Source: Octopus bimaculoides (lineage: Eukaryota). From it: a stretch of 64,000 nucleotides of DNA. The stretch spans positions 77,132,529-77,196,528 of the forward strand of contig NC_068982.1 in assembly GCF_001194135.2 (NCBI RefSeq). Reading direction: 5' to 3'. Below are positions 11,851 to 24,987 of the stretch, piece after piece; positions within the stretch are counted from its first letter, which is position 1; each line of letters opens with the position of its first letter. The notes beneath the pieces are model-generated. The model was not told the origin of the DNA and did not search any database. It was given only the letters and a program-made list of their open reading frames with translations. A program made the translations under genes and the position numbers.

Positions 11851-14059
11851 CACAAGAGAGCTGAGAGTGGTATTATTAAACTTACTCAATCATTAATCCC
11901 AAAAATCATTCCTATAAGTAAATTTCTTTCTCCACCACAAAATTCATTCATCATTCTTGCACTTTCACTTCAATTTTTTTTCTATTAGAAAAAAAAAAAA
12001 TTTGTTTTTATTTTTGAGTTCCAATGACATAACATTTTTTTCCTTTTAGCTGGTATCACACAGCAGATTTAGGAAGTCCCTTGCAAAAGTCAATTGTTTT
12101 TTTCATGTAAATTTACCTCTTTGGGAATAGTGCAATGGTTTTATTTTAAGGGTCCACCCTGACACCTAATCACTGCATTTTTATCTCTTCCCCACTCCAC
12201 CCTTTCTTCTTAAATGTATTTATGTGGCCCTTTTACAGCAAGAAATACATTATGTTCTGGCCCTTTCTCTCACGATTCATACATAGTCTTGCAAGCTGCA
12301 CAATGACCTCACTAGTAAAGGTAGTTTGAAAACGAAAAAGGTACCTGGTACACTCTGAAGTGGCTGGCATTCAACTGAAGAAACTATGCCAAAGCAGACA
12401 CTAGAACGCTATGCAGTCCTTGGACACATATCTTGTCAAACCATGCAACCCAATATGGAACAAGGATTTTAAATAATTAAAGGCATTCAGCATTTGTTCT
12501 CTCCAGACAAACTATTTGAAGAACATGGTCAGTTAAGTGGTAGATGAGCTGACTTTAAGATTCTCTAGTAGAGCTCAAATGTTTGCCAAACTTTGATGGT
12601 GCCAGTCAAGGCTCCCAGTTATGAGTCAAATAGCAGGTTTTGTGCCTAAGGTATACAGGACTCAGGTCTCCCCCACCCATAGACATGTGTCACACAAACT
12701 AATCCCCTTGCCAAAGGGTTAAATAGGCTGTGTCTCATGGAAGTTTGAGAGAGGAGACTAGTAGAGTCAATTAAACTAGTAGAATTCAATGGGGAATCAG
12801 TGCTGTATCTTTCCCAAGAAAAATCATGTATCCTCAGACTTTGCTATGGATGTCCAGGGTTGCTGACCCCAGTGGGCATGTAGGAGTGTATCTTGGACAT
12901 GAATTAATGGTTTCTTCCCACAAAACAAAATTTTGTAAATCTTTTAGAAATTATTTCTTTTATAGTGACTTAACAGAGAAAGCCAGTTTTAAAATATCAA
13001 GGGGATAGGAAAATCTTCAAATTTCATTGATTGGATGAGTTTTGATAGAAGGGTCTTCCATTTCATGTAAATTAATGCAGGTGTGTGCCTTGAGATCCTA
13101 CACAACTAGTGAATTTACAGTCACCCTATGAGCAAACTTGTCCAAACCATGCTAGCATGAACATTAAATAATGTGCAATTACTAAATGAGCCTCTAAATG
13201 ATTGTTCAACTTGCAGGAAAACTACACTGTAGCACATAAAAAAAGAAGACAGATAATTTAGTCCAAGCTGCACTAAACCTGAAAAAACAAAATGGTCATG
13301 GCTGGAATGCCTTTTCTTTTTCATTTAATGAGGAACAAAAGTACTGTCCCATGACCATTTAAGGGGCCTTTGAGACTGCAAGATATCAAATTGGGGAAAG
13401 GTTTGAAAGCTTGTGACAGAGTAGGCTGCTGAAGTCGCCAAGTGGTGGTGTTAAACTGAGCAACAAGTCCCTGGGACTAAACAGTACGTGCTGTTTTGTT
13501 ACAATGATTGAGCTACTTTCTTCGATTGCAAANNNNNNNNNNTTGGGGAAAGGTTTGAAAGCTTGTGACAGAGTAGGCTGCTGAAGTCGCCAGAAGATGC
13601 CAAGTGGTGGTGTTAAACTGAGCAACAAGTCCCTGGGACTAAATAGTACGTGCTGTTTTGTTACAATGATTGAGCTACTTTCTTCGATTGCAAATGGAGA
13701 TGAATGTGTAGGCATCAATGTCATTAAGAAGCTTGCTCTCCAACCAGATGGTTTCAGGTTCAGTCCCACTTCACAGCACCTTAGGTGTTTACTATAACTT
13801 GAGCCAAGTTGTGTGAGTGGATTTAGGAGGCAAAACCTGAAAGCCTATCATATGAATATATATAACAAAATATAGGCAGAAAATGGAATATACAAGAAAC
13901 TTGATTGCTCACAATGATTATTTCAACCAATCCTGCATATTTATAGACATAATGAACATTGCGGTACAATGATAATTGTGTAAGTACCATGCATGACATC
14001 AGGTAGCAAACATACTTCAACTAACTGCTAGGTACATACCCAATAATTATATTAGTGTC

Positions 14060-14240
14060 CTTTATGGCCATTCCCCCATCTCAAACGTCTGACTTGCAGG
14101 TGCCGATGGAGCACCCAGCACACTTCATAAAGTGGTTGGCATTAGGGAGGTCATACAGCCAGAGAAACCAAGCCAAATCAGACAACTCTCCAACTTGTCA
14201 AACCGTCCAACCCATGTCAGCATTGAAAACATGTTAAACG
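14060..14240 (+). mobile_element. RTE-associated non-autonomous repeat, copy
   Basis: gtggttggcattagg...gtcaaaccgtccaacccatgtcagcat; same family as 25625-25840. Confidence 0.55.
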
Positions 14241-16479
14241 ATTTTTATATATATACACACAATCTGTGTATACCTGTCTTGACATGATTGTAAAGGAGCG
14301 TCACAGTTTTATGGCAGATATGGAAACCTGACTGAATACGAAGATCCCAAAATCTTCCCATCTATAACACAGAAATTAAGATTCTATAATCATCAGGTCT
14401 ATTTATAGGAGTGAACTGTAATGAACATTAGTGGTACCTGTCATAAGACAGGAACCTTTGGAAGAAAACATTCGCCACCATGGGTAATATCAGAAATTAT
14501 ACTATACATGTACCGCAATGATTGTAATAAACTTGCTTCCCAACTGTAGCCTTGATAGGATTTGGCAGACGGAAACTGTAAGCCGATCGTCTTAACTAGT
14601 GTTGGTCTGTCCTGCTTAGTTCAGCAAAAAAGACCTGAGAATAAGTACCAGGTTAAAAAAAAAAAATGCTGAGTGTCAATTTATTCCATTAAAAATTGAA
14701 GGCAATGCTCTGGCATGTCTACAGTCTAATTACCAAAAAACTATGCAATATGAGTGTCACTGAGCTGATGTTTGGAACAATTAACATGAAATTCTGATGG
14801 AAGCTTTTAATTTAACAACCAATCATAGAACCAGATGGGTTGGTATGAAAAGGGACAAGTCATCAGTAATATCACCTGTTTATGAATAATAGACACCAAA
14901 GCTAGTTTTAATTAGCAACACTGAATATGTAATAAAAATGAAAATTAATTTTAAATTTTTTAACTTTAGCGCATTTTATAAAATTTAGAAAAACAAATGC
15001 TGAATCAGCAAATTTACCCCAGGTAGGGAGAACTTGAATATTGTAACCTTACAGTAGTCATAAGACGATACAGACGCAGGTAGTTTTTCAACCAAATGGT
15101 TTTATGTTCAGCCCCACTAGAGGGAATTTTGGGTGCCTTCTACCAGAGCTCTGGACTAATCCAAGGCCTGAATATACATATATATATATACACACGCACA
15201 CACAGGTGAAGAATGGTAACAGTAAAAGGCATCTACCTTGCAAACATGGATATGTGGACGTTAAAACAACGACTAGTGGCTTATATAGGTAACAGTAAAA
15301 ATATGGACAACAGCATGATCTAGTTTTTAATTGGAAGGTAACTTTAGATGATACAAAGAAAATTAAAAATACTGCAGTATCTCACCTGATATAATTTGTA
15401 TTTTCCGTATTCTTCTACTGGTTTCAGCCAGAGGCTGGAGCAACACCAACAGTGAGAAAAATGACTCCATTGAAAATGTTATGACTAACCAAAGTAGCAG
15501 CTGTTAAAAACCTAGGAATTTCATTTGATTTGATCTAGCCATTGAACTGAGGACAAGCTGGAGAACACTACCAGTTTAGTTGAACAAACAGACCATAGTA
15601 TTTTGAGTCTGGTACTCATCACACTTTCTGAACTGCCAGCGATTGTCGAGATGTTAAGGGATTAACAGCTTCCTCATTCCATTTACTAAATTTGCTAACA
15701 AGGTATTGGTCAGCCTGGAGGTACAGTAAAAGACATTTGGCCAAAGAATCACACAGCAGTACTGAACTAGATATCACGCGATTACAAAATAATACTTTTT
15801 AACTAGTTCTGACTAGTTAAAAAGTATTAGTTTGGTCAAGTTAGAAAGAAAATTGCAATTTGATTTCGAGGAATGGAATATAGAAATTTCAGGTATGTTG
15901 TCTTGTAGATAGAGTTGTATTGAATTATTAAGTAATTAGTACCTTGGAGGCAAAAAATAAAAATTGATATCAGGCATTTGAAGCACTGTAAAAATACACT
16001 TGCTGAGTGATTTCTGAAAATATTATTACTAATAAATTACATACTTTCCTTACTTATGAAATAAATCCACAAAGTTTTAAAATGTATGCATTATCTACCC
16101 TTAATTGGCCAATTTACTTAACAGTTACGATACAATTTACAAACATTTTCAAGTATACAACAATCAGGCTATAAATATGTATATAAACCCTTACCATTGA
16201 ATGTATACGCAAAAATATTTTAGTTATAAATAAACCAAACTGTAAAATTACCAAGCAGACATCACAGGACAACCCGTTGAAATGAGAATCTAGCATCTAC
16301 GAAAACAGGTGCGTGTGTGTGTGCGTGCATATATATATATTATACATACATAAATGTAAACTTCAGCAACATACACCACCAAAACAGAAGACAATGGCGA
16401 AAGGGAATTAACCGAAGATTATTTCATTTTAACTTGCAAGGAGGAAAAAAAGCCAAACAAAATCGTGTGAATGATAAAA

Positions 16480-16485
16480 TTTATT
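16480..16485 (-). terminator. Candidate H2A.Z polyadenylation signal
   Basis: AATAAA on minus about 400 nt after the stop; no histone stem-loop seen; the true 3' end is not determinable from sequence. Confidence 0.3.
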
Positions 16486-16880
16486 TGTGTAATGAAGACG
16501 CATGATAAATCTTATTTACTCCATCCATTAGAAGATGAGTGGAGGTGATCAATACAGTGTCTTATAAAAACACCAGATTGATTGGTTTGGAAGTTTCAAA
16601 ATTGTTGTATAGTGATATACAAATAGTGAAGAGAATGGAAATAAAAAATACAAGAGAAAATGGGAAGTTAATAAAATCTCTCGGACTTATGACAATATAG
16701 CTACATATGACAACTATGTTCTCGTATTGGGAAGGGGTGGGGCTGGTGGCGGCAGGGACAGGTTTTCCCGGTTATTTTGATAATTTTTTTTGTGTTTTTG
16801 AGAGCAGAGGGAAGGGTGTTAAAATTTAATGATTTTAAGGACTAGCAACCACACCAAATATACAACAAACACTCCATGGT

Positions 16881-16942
16881 TTATGTAGCCTTTTGTGATC
16901 CTTTCTTGCCGATAAGAGATTTGTGGATGTGAGGAATGACAC
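16881..16942 (-). CDS. H2AZ: H2A.Z coding exon 5 ([20 protein letters not shown])
   Basis: 62 nt; acceptor tttttccag; TAA stop at 16883-16881. Confidence 0.97.
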
Positions 16943-19602
16943 CTGGAAAAACATGAAAAATAACTTCAGTAAGAATCAAATAAAAAATCCTAGACTACTT
17001 AAGTACTAAAAGCTAATTTTGGAGTCCCTTAAACCATTTTAATTCTTTAACAATTTGCCCAACTTTTATTAACAGGAAAAATCCCTAATTCCTAAAAATT
17101 TAAAACGCAGTTTTGCTGGGAAATAACAAAAAACAAAAAAACAAAAACCCAAACAAATTCAGCAATATAAAATGCTAATGCATTATTTTACTTAGCCCAA
17201 TCAAGGTAGAAAAGCTTAAAGTAGATGAGGAAAAGAAAAAAGTACTGACCACCACCAGCAATTGTTGCCTTGATTAGAGAATCCAATTCTTCATCACCTC
17301 GGATTGCTAACTGTAAATGACGGGGAGTGATACGTTTCACCTTCAAGTCTTTACTGGCATTACCAGCCAACTCTAGCACCTGAAATATTAAAAATCAAGT
17401 CAATACGTTTAAGAACGTTAATGATTAAACAGATCCTCAAATCTTGTTCAGGGGGAAAATAAACTGGTCGTGATCAGATTGCTCAAAGTATAAACAGGCT
17501 ATCTCCCATAAAATAAGTTATCCTAATTGGTAAAAACAACTAAATTTATTACGTTTTTGGTTTGCAAGATTCTTTATGCGAGTTCGTGTGTTAAAGCACA
17601 TTCTGTTGTCTGGAGAGAGTCATTCTCTGTTGGTGCCTTATAATTTAACACACTCATCGGTAAAATTTCAACCTATTTTTGTTTTTTTTCCCTAGAATTT
17701 TCGTTGCATCTTGCAACCCTTTTCAAGAGTCCAAACTATTGATAGGGTTGCAAAAGGCAAAATTCTTTAGAATATTTTTGAGTGTGTAAGGTACCAACCA
17801 AACGAGTATGACTCCCCAGACATAACTAAATTTACTATTACTTTTAATATAAAAACAAAAACCCGGTTGAAATGAGTTTCAAAAAGGGAAAAAGACTATG
17901 GTCACATCTAAGATACTGACCTGGAATGAAGCAACTTCGAAAATTTTTTAAAATGTATATTTACAGGTAAAACGTCAGTTTAATAACTAATAAATCCTGA
18001 CAAGAGCTAATTGTGTAAATGAAAACATGACGGGTCTAGTAGTTATGGACGATAAACAGCCTCACCGTTATTTCAAATCTTGAACCGGCGAGGTATCATT
18101 GGCTGAGGAGGCCGTGTGAATGTATTCAGCTGTATGTGTGCTGTGTATAGAGCAGCTACACACAATTAGGCGTAGGGGTATAAAAGAACCAGTCCATCAA
18201 GTACCCCTCCCGGCTTTATAAACATTACCACCTCTACCACCACCTCTAGTAAGAGCAGCAGTAAGCTCGAATCATTGACAAAAAGACATTTCAAAATTTC
18301 TCCCCAGACCCGCTTAATTACTCAAAGCAAACATTTTAAAAATAAAGACACATTAAAGTAAAAAAAAAATCATTAAAACATACACGAAAGGTAAGCTTAA
18401 CTAAAAAAACCAACAATGATGACCTAATTTTACCCCTTCCTCCTCAATTATTGAGGTTTTCCTAACTTTTTAAAAATTTTAGTAGGGACTGAAAAATAGT
18501 TTTTTTTAGTCAACAATCACTGCCAAAAGTTATCAAGTCTTTCACTAAGACCAGAAGGTCTTGAATAAAATCGAAATTCTATTTAATTAGAACCTAAACA
18601 NNNNNNNNNNTTAGAACCTAAACAAGAACAGAGACTTTTTTTTTTAGGCGGGATACGAGGGCTTTGTGAAGAACTAGAGAGAAAATATATATCAAAACAA
18701 GACCGCCAAGCCTAGATATATATCTATGGCCAATAACTGCAACTAGAACGGTTTTATAGATTTAAATTCAAACATTACCGGAGTTATAAAACAATTAGGA
18801 ACTGTAATTGTCCAGAGAAAATACAAAGAGCCCGACAACTTTCAGACTTTTTGTCTTGGACATATTGGCGGGAATTAAACAAATCAAATTTGGTAACAAA
18901 AAAAGATATTTCCAAAAAAATAGGCAACTTTCAACAACACTGAACAATAGATTATAGCTTATAAAAACATCGACATTTTATTATATCAATGTAAAAATGT
19001 ACGTAAAGTGCAGGCTAAGCAGGCCATCAGCTAATTTAATAAACCCGCGAAATTTCAATGAAGGATCGAGAGAGTAATTAAAAATACGTAATCAATAACG
19101 GAAAATTTATAATTGTTGAGTAAAATAGAATTTGTTTTAAATCCTACCTCAGCCGTTAGATACTCTAAAATAGCTGCACTGTAGACTGCGGCCGTTGCTC
19201 CTACACGTCCATGGCTCGTTGTTCTGTTTTTCAAGTGCCTGTGAATACGACCGACTGGAAACTACAAAATAATACAAGCATTAATCGTTTACGAAATGGT
19301 AAATGACAGGGATTAGATTCTAGAAAATATATTTTAAAAAATGATGTTCATTATGACTAACCTGCAAACCAGCACGAGCTGAACGTGACACGGCTTTCGC
19401 TTTAGCTTTTCCTGAATCTTTACCGGCTTTTCCTCCCGCCTAAAAATATTTGGAGAAAAACCAAAATAACATATCACTTAATAACTTAGTAAATGGAAAA
19501 TGAAACATCGAGGTAAACGACAAGACAATTAAGTAGGTATAAATAATAATTACAACCATCGATGGCCATTTAGGACCGAATAATCAAACGGATGCTAACC
19601 AT
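16881..19602 (-). CDS. H2AZ: Histone variant H2A.Z (H2A.V), complete 5-exon CDS, 128 aa
   Basis: Exons 19602-19600 (ATG), 19439-19362, 19261-19148, 17379-17250 and 16942-16881, all with GT-AG introns, splice to [128 protein letters not shown]. Total 387 nt. Confidence 0.98.
17250..17379 (-). CDS. H2AZ: H2A.Z coding exon 4 ([13 protein letters not shown]...TIAGG)
   Basis: 130 nt; acceptor tttcag, donor gtcagt; overlaps the ORF-track entry 17188..17379. Confidence 0.97.
19148..19261 (-). CDS. H2AZ: H2A.Z coding exon 3 (FPVGRIHR...EYLTAE)
   Basis: 114 nt; acceptor ttttgtag, donor gtagga. Confidence 0.97.
19362..19439 (-). CDS. H2AZ: H2A.Z coding exon 2 ([26 protein letters not shown])
   Basis: 78 nt; acceptor tttttag, donor gttagt. 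Confidence 0.97.
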
Positions 19603-19684
19603 GTTTCTTCGTTTCACTCACAATCAGTAAAAAATCCTCTCTGCGTTCTCCTGCAACCGCCAAAACACTAACACCTTTAGCTTC

Positions 19685-19745
19685 GTCACGTGCCTGAATA
19701 AACCAATGAAAAACGAGCTCTTATATATGGACCAATGAGAATTGG
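19685..19745 (-). promoter_or_regulatory. H2A.Z proximal promoter: E-box, three CCAAT boxes, TATA-like motif
   Basis: GTCACGTG 19685-19692; CCAAT 19703-19707 and 19732-19736; ATTGG 19741-19745; TATATAA on minus at 19727-19721. All lie 85-145 bp upstream of the ATG. Confidence 0.6.
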
Positions 19746-22700
19746 CAACACAATAAAAATACTCGCCGCTGTTGTTTTCGTTGGTTTTGGGCCTCAACTC
19801 ATGTTTGTGACTCTTTTAAAGTCGTCATCATTCCTTTTGGGTTTGATTATTTCGTAACACTGGAGACATTCTTACTGTCTCCGCTTCAAAATAAAATAAT
19901 ACTCCCTTACTGCAAAATAAAATAAATACTAAATTTATTAATTCAACGCAATATTACTTGAATATATAAAATGGGGTTAAATTATAATTACAAATAAATT
20001 TATTCTTCTTTTAAAGCAAACCTACGTTTTCCCCTCTCAGTTCCCTTTTGTCGCAAATTTTATATTCACAAATNNNNNNNNNNNNNNNNNNNNNNNNNNN
20101 NNNNNNNNNNNNNNNNNNNNNNNNNNNNNNNNNNNNNNNNNNNNNNNNNNNNNNNNNNNNNNNNNNNNNNNNNNNNNNNNNNNNNNNNNNNNNNNNNNNN
20201 NNNNNNNNNNNNNNNNNNNNNNNNNNNNNNNNNNNNNNNNNNNNNNNNNNNNNNNNNNNNNNNNNNNNNNNNNNNNNNNNNNNNNNNNNNNNNNNNNNNN
20301 NNNNNNNNNNNNNNNNNNNNNNNNNNNNNNNNNNNNNNNNNNNNNNNNNNNNNNNNNNNNNNNNNNNNNNNNNNNNNNNNNNNNNNNNNNNNNNNNNNNN
20401 NNNNNNNNNNNNNNNNNNNNNNNNNNNNNNNNNNNNNNNNNNNNNNNNNNNNNNNNNNNNNNNNNNNNNNNNNNNNNNNNNNNNNNNNNNNNNNNNNNNN
20501 NNNNNNNNNNNNNNNNNNNNNNNNNNNNNNNNNNNNNNNNNNNNNNNNNNNNNNNNNNNNNNNNNNNNNNNNNNNNNNNNNNNNNNNNNNNNNNNNNNNN
20601 NNNNNNNNNATTTCTTGTCTCCAATGTGAAAGTTAAATTCTATTGGGAATTGTGCCAAAACAAGCGGCAATGTTTTGATAATTACTGGGAGGTAACACTG
20701 GAATTGTCCAATTTATGTTTAGAAATTAAGTTTGCGACTCGTTCGTCATTTAGACAAACTTTCTTAACAAAGCCGACTGGATAAATACAATATATTTGTA
20801 GGAAATATATTGCTAAATTCTTTTTCTAGTTTACTCTTGTTTTTCTTCTAAAATTCCAGTTCTTTTCACCAGACTTTTATTTTTTAGGCGATCTTTCGGT
20901 ACGAACCTGGGGACCCGGTTTCAATTCCTAGTCGAAGCCAACTTCCTTGTGGTATTAATGCTCTTGAAAAAGGCATGAATATCACAATTTATTTTTCTAT
21001 TCTTAGGTAAGATTTAAATCTTGCTTAAGGACACAACACATTCGAAATTCTCATTAGTCTAATGAATGTTGTTTTCATCGACATCACCATCTCATCATCA
21101 TCAGGAATTACACCAGTTATAGAACGGCCCGGATAATTCCTGAAAGAACCGCTGTCTGTTCGCTTGACTTGCTAAAAAATAGCAGGCAAAACACATCCTG
21201 CCATCGTAAATAAAGAAATTTACTTCGGATAATATAGTCCCTGATACACAAAAAGACAGGATGATAACAGATGGAACGGCGTTTATTATCAGGTTGTTGG
21301 ATCAGCACTGACCCAAGTCTAAGCTAAGAAATTTTGTAAACATAGTCCTTTTTTTTTTTCTGGCTACTTTTTTTTTTTTGATTCTTGAAATCGTGAATTG
21401 GTCATATTTTCGAAGATATGGAATAAGATTATATTCTAAAGAATTAGTCAAACATGAAGATGGTATAACTCCTATTGGTATGTGTGTGTGTGTGTGTTAT
21501 TGTCTCTTCACCTTGACTTTGCATGATAGTTATGAGTTTCACCATCATGCAAGTAATGCCCTTTATGCGGAAGAAAACATGTCTGGTCATGGGGAAATGT
21601 TACCTTGCTTAGAAATAGAGGAAGGTTAGAGACATGAAGGGCATTTGGCAGTAGAAAATCCTTGCAAGCATGGAAAAGTATACATTAAAACTATGGTGAA
21701 TTCCGGCTCCTTACTCTCTTAACTCTGGAGTGCTCCAAAGTTTGGTTTAGTTTCTAAATCTCTACCTTCTCTATATCAATGATCTACTTGCCATTACATC
21801 CAATACCACCCACTCCTACACATACAATATGACCTTCATTCTTTCTTAACATTCTTCAAACATGCATCATCTAGATGCAGCCTAGACACTACATGCCAAA
21901 TCCACACCAATTCCATTAACAGAGATTTTGAAAGTATCCTCCAATGGGGATATATGTTAACTTTGTCTCTTTTGACTGCAAGAAAACATGAATGCTATTT
22001 ATATCAAGTAAACATCATTTCATCACACCTTCCCTTAAACATGAGTAGCACACACTAAGAGCTCTCACAACTAGAGTGCCAAATACTGTACTGCATTATC
22101 ACTGAGGATCTCTCCAGGAAAGTACATTCAAAGCACCTCAATGATTTTGTCCTCTTCGGGGCCAGAAAATTCTTCAGCCCCACCAAAATTATTGATTTTC
22201 TATAAAGTTCAAGCAAGGCTCACAACAGATTAATGCTCCCATATCTAGGACAGTGCTGCTGCTGCTAGATAGGCATCCTAGACCACATTCAGAAAAGGGT
22301 CACCTAATTCATGGTATTAAGTCAATGCTCAAGCCTCTAATCCAGGGATGTACTGCCTCCTCTCTCTGTCTCTTCTACTGATAACAGAATGAGAGGAGCC
22401 ATACTGACTGGGCTTGTGCTATCTCTAACTGAAACATTCCCAAATCAAATCACGCATCTCTCTTCCTTCCAACACCTTTGTTGTGTCCAACCCACCCCTA
22501 CAAACGTCATACGAACCCCTACACTTCCTTTTCAAAACATTATCCCTCTGCAACTTCTTCCTTGCTTGCTCTTTCCCTCGGACATTGATTTATAATAGCT
22601 CAAGTGGCATGTTTACAGTCTCCTCCTCACAAGTCTATATGGACCTGCAAAAGCCATGAGCACTGCTCCTTTCTCCAGACCCAAGAAGTAGCAAAAATAA

Positions 22701-23767
22701 GGGCAACCTTTTACCTGGAGTTGTACAGTAAAAAGTAATTTATATTTCTTTGTAGGGAGCAAATAGATTATCATTGATTGCTAATCTTACCCTGTACCTC
22801 CAAAGCAGTGTGGATATTTCATTATCTAACACCCACTATAAACCCTGCTTCTTGTAATACAAGACAAATCTCTTCTGAGTCTCAGAGTCAATTTCCTTGA
22901 GATAAAGCACAAGAAAGTTGACAAGATATGAAGGAAATTAGTTATGTGGAGTTGAAAACTCAAACCTTTTCACATCATTCTACATCATCTGATGCACAAT
23001 AAGTAACACAAGAGAAACTGAAACTACTGAAGAATAAAAGAATTATGTTTGATATCCAGACAGGAGCAGTGGAAGTTACTTCATCAAACAAATGTGTGTG
23101 CATGGCTGTATATAAAACAGAACTTATTTTAATATATTTTTAGGACAAATAAGATAGTGAGCTGACAAAATCGTTGCATGCTGGACAAAATATTTAGCAG
23201 CATTTCTTTTGGCTTTACAAACTGAGTTCAAATCCTGATGATGTTGCCTTTCGTTGTTTTGGGAGTCAATAAAATAAGTACCTGTTGAGCAATGTAATTG
23301 ACTAAACCCCTGCCCCCAGAATTACAGGTCACATGTCTATAAGAGAAAGAAAAAAAATTTTTTTATGACAAATAACCTAAGCATAGTCAAATAAATATCA
23401 AAGAAAGCTCCACTGTGGTAGGTATCTTTCTCAGTAACATTAACACTGACAACAGCTGATACAAACAGTAACATAATAAACATTGTGACTGGACACTCTT
23501 TACATCCTAAACACGCACATACCTCATCAAACCAACTATGACAATTTAGCAACCTGGAAAGACTCTTCTGCTCTATACTCCTAAATATCACAGCTATTTG
23601 GTAAACATGTGGACTGCTTACAATGGAATCCACTCTGTTGCAAGGTCTCTGATTTGAGATTACTTCCTTCCTTTTCACACCTGTCTTAGAGGACCTGTAT
23701 AGGGTCATGGGTACTACTTTACATTCTGACTAAAAGCTACAAAAATAACTTCATACACACACACACG

Positions 23768-23804
<37 letters not shown>

Positions 23805-23860
23805 GCACACACATACAGATATATATATATATATACATACACACAAACACACACATAAAC

Positions 23861-24830
23861 AGAGGAATTTACGACAGGCTGACCCTGGGAGCTCTTCTAT
23901 GCTGATGATCTTATTCTTATAGATCACTACCAGGCATGGAAACAAGGTCTAGAATCAAAGGGCCTTAGAGTTAATCTAGCAAAAACCAAAGTCTTAGTAA
24001 GTAGGAAGGTGGACAAATCACAAATCACTTCAGGTAGATCGCCCTGCTCAATCTGTAGAAAAGGTTTAGGTAGTAACTCCATAAGATGTACCCAGTGTAA
24101 GCTATGGACTCATAAAAAGTACAGCAATATCAGAGGAAGGTTAACAGGGAAAATAGTTTTTATGTGTGGAAGGTGCACAGGTGCAAATAACACTGAAAAT
24201 GTACAAGAAATAGACTCCAAGAAATGCCAGGGGGTAAAACTAGAAGTAGTTGATAGCTTCCGTTACCTAGGTAACCAAGTTAGTAGTGGAGGTGGACGCT
24301 CCAAGAGCATACCTGCAAGAATAAGAATAGGCTGGGCAAAGTTCAGAGAGCTCCTACCTCTATTGATAATAAAGGACCTCTCCCTCAGAGTGAGAGTCAG
24401 ATTGTATGATGCCTGTGTGTGAACAGCCATGTTACATGGCAGTGAAACATGGGCTGTGACCACTGAAGACATGTGAAGGCTTGAAAGAAATGAAGTTAGT
24501 ATACTTCGCTGGATGTGTAGTGTCAGTGTGCATGTATGACAGAGTGTAATCGTTTTGAGAGAAAAGTTGGGCATAAGAGGCATCAGATGTGATATGCAAG
24601 AGAGTTGACTGTGTTGGTATGGTCACGTAATGCATATGGATGAGGACAGCTGTGTGAAGAAGTGCTGATCTCTAACTGTAGAAGGGAACCTATGAAAGAG
24701 GTAGACCCAGGAAGTCATGGGACAAGGTGATGAAGCATGATCTTCAAACGTTGGGCCTCGTGGAGGCAATGACAAGGGACCATAACCTTTGGCGATATGC
24801 TGTGCTTGAGAAGACTCATCAAGCAAAGTG
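23861..24830 (+). mobile_element. RTE-clade LINE 3' fragment with a PHD-like insertion in RT
   Basis: LYADDLILI...GLRVNLAKTKV; CSIC..CTQC.LWTHKKY..CGRC; VDSFRYLG; LHGSETWA; WYGHVMHMDEDS; RGRPRKSW. Confidence 0.88.
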
Positions 24831-24987
24831 AAATCGCAGTTATGCATACCTGGCACCCATGCTAGTGGCATGTAAAAAGCACCCTTTGAACTTTGGGGCA
24901 CATGGAGGCAATGACAAATGACCAAGACTTTGGCAATATACTGGCCTTGAGAAGACCTGTCAAGTCAAGTGAGATCATAGCTGTAGC

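Noticed and set aside
13391-13693. ~140-bp direct repeat on either side of a 10-N gap
   Set aside because: The copies differ by a 10-bp indel and a SNP and straddle a placeholder gap, typical of unmerged haplotype/contig overlap. The same applies to 18585-18625.
18120-18230. H/ACA or C/D snoRNA call for the intron 3 hairpins
   Set aside because: No properly placed H (ANANNA), ACA or C/D boxes on the host strand. Kept only as an unassigned structured region.
20011-20670. Long ORF-track entries spanning N runs (also 49901-50989, 52771-53415, 59529-60128, 61899-62402)
   Set aside because: Open only because N codons contain no stops. The exception is the real hAT segment at 50675-50958.
20610-21320. 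Divergent gene sharing the H2A.Z promoter
   Set aside because: Only isolated donor-like motifs (GGGAG|GTAACA near 20690) and no convincing ORF; the key region is inside the 20074-20609 gap.
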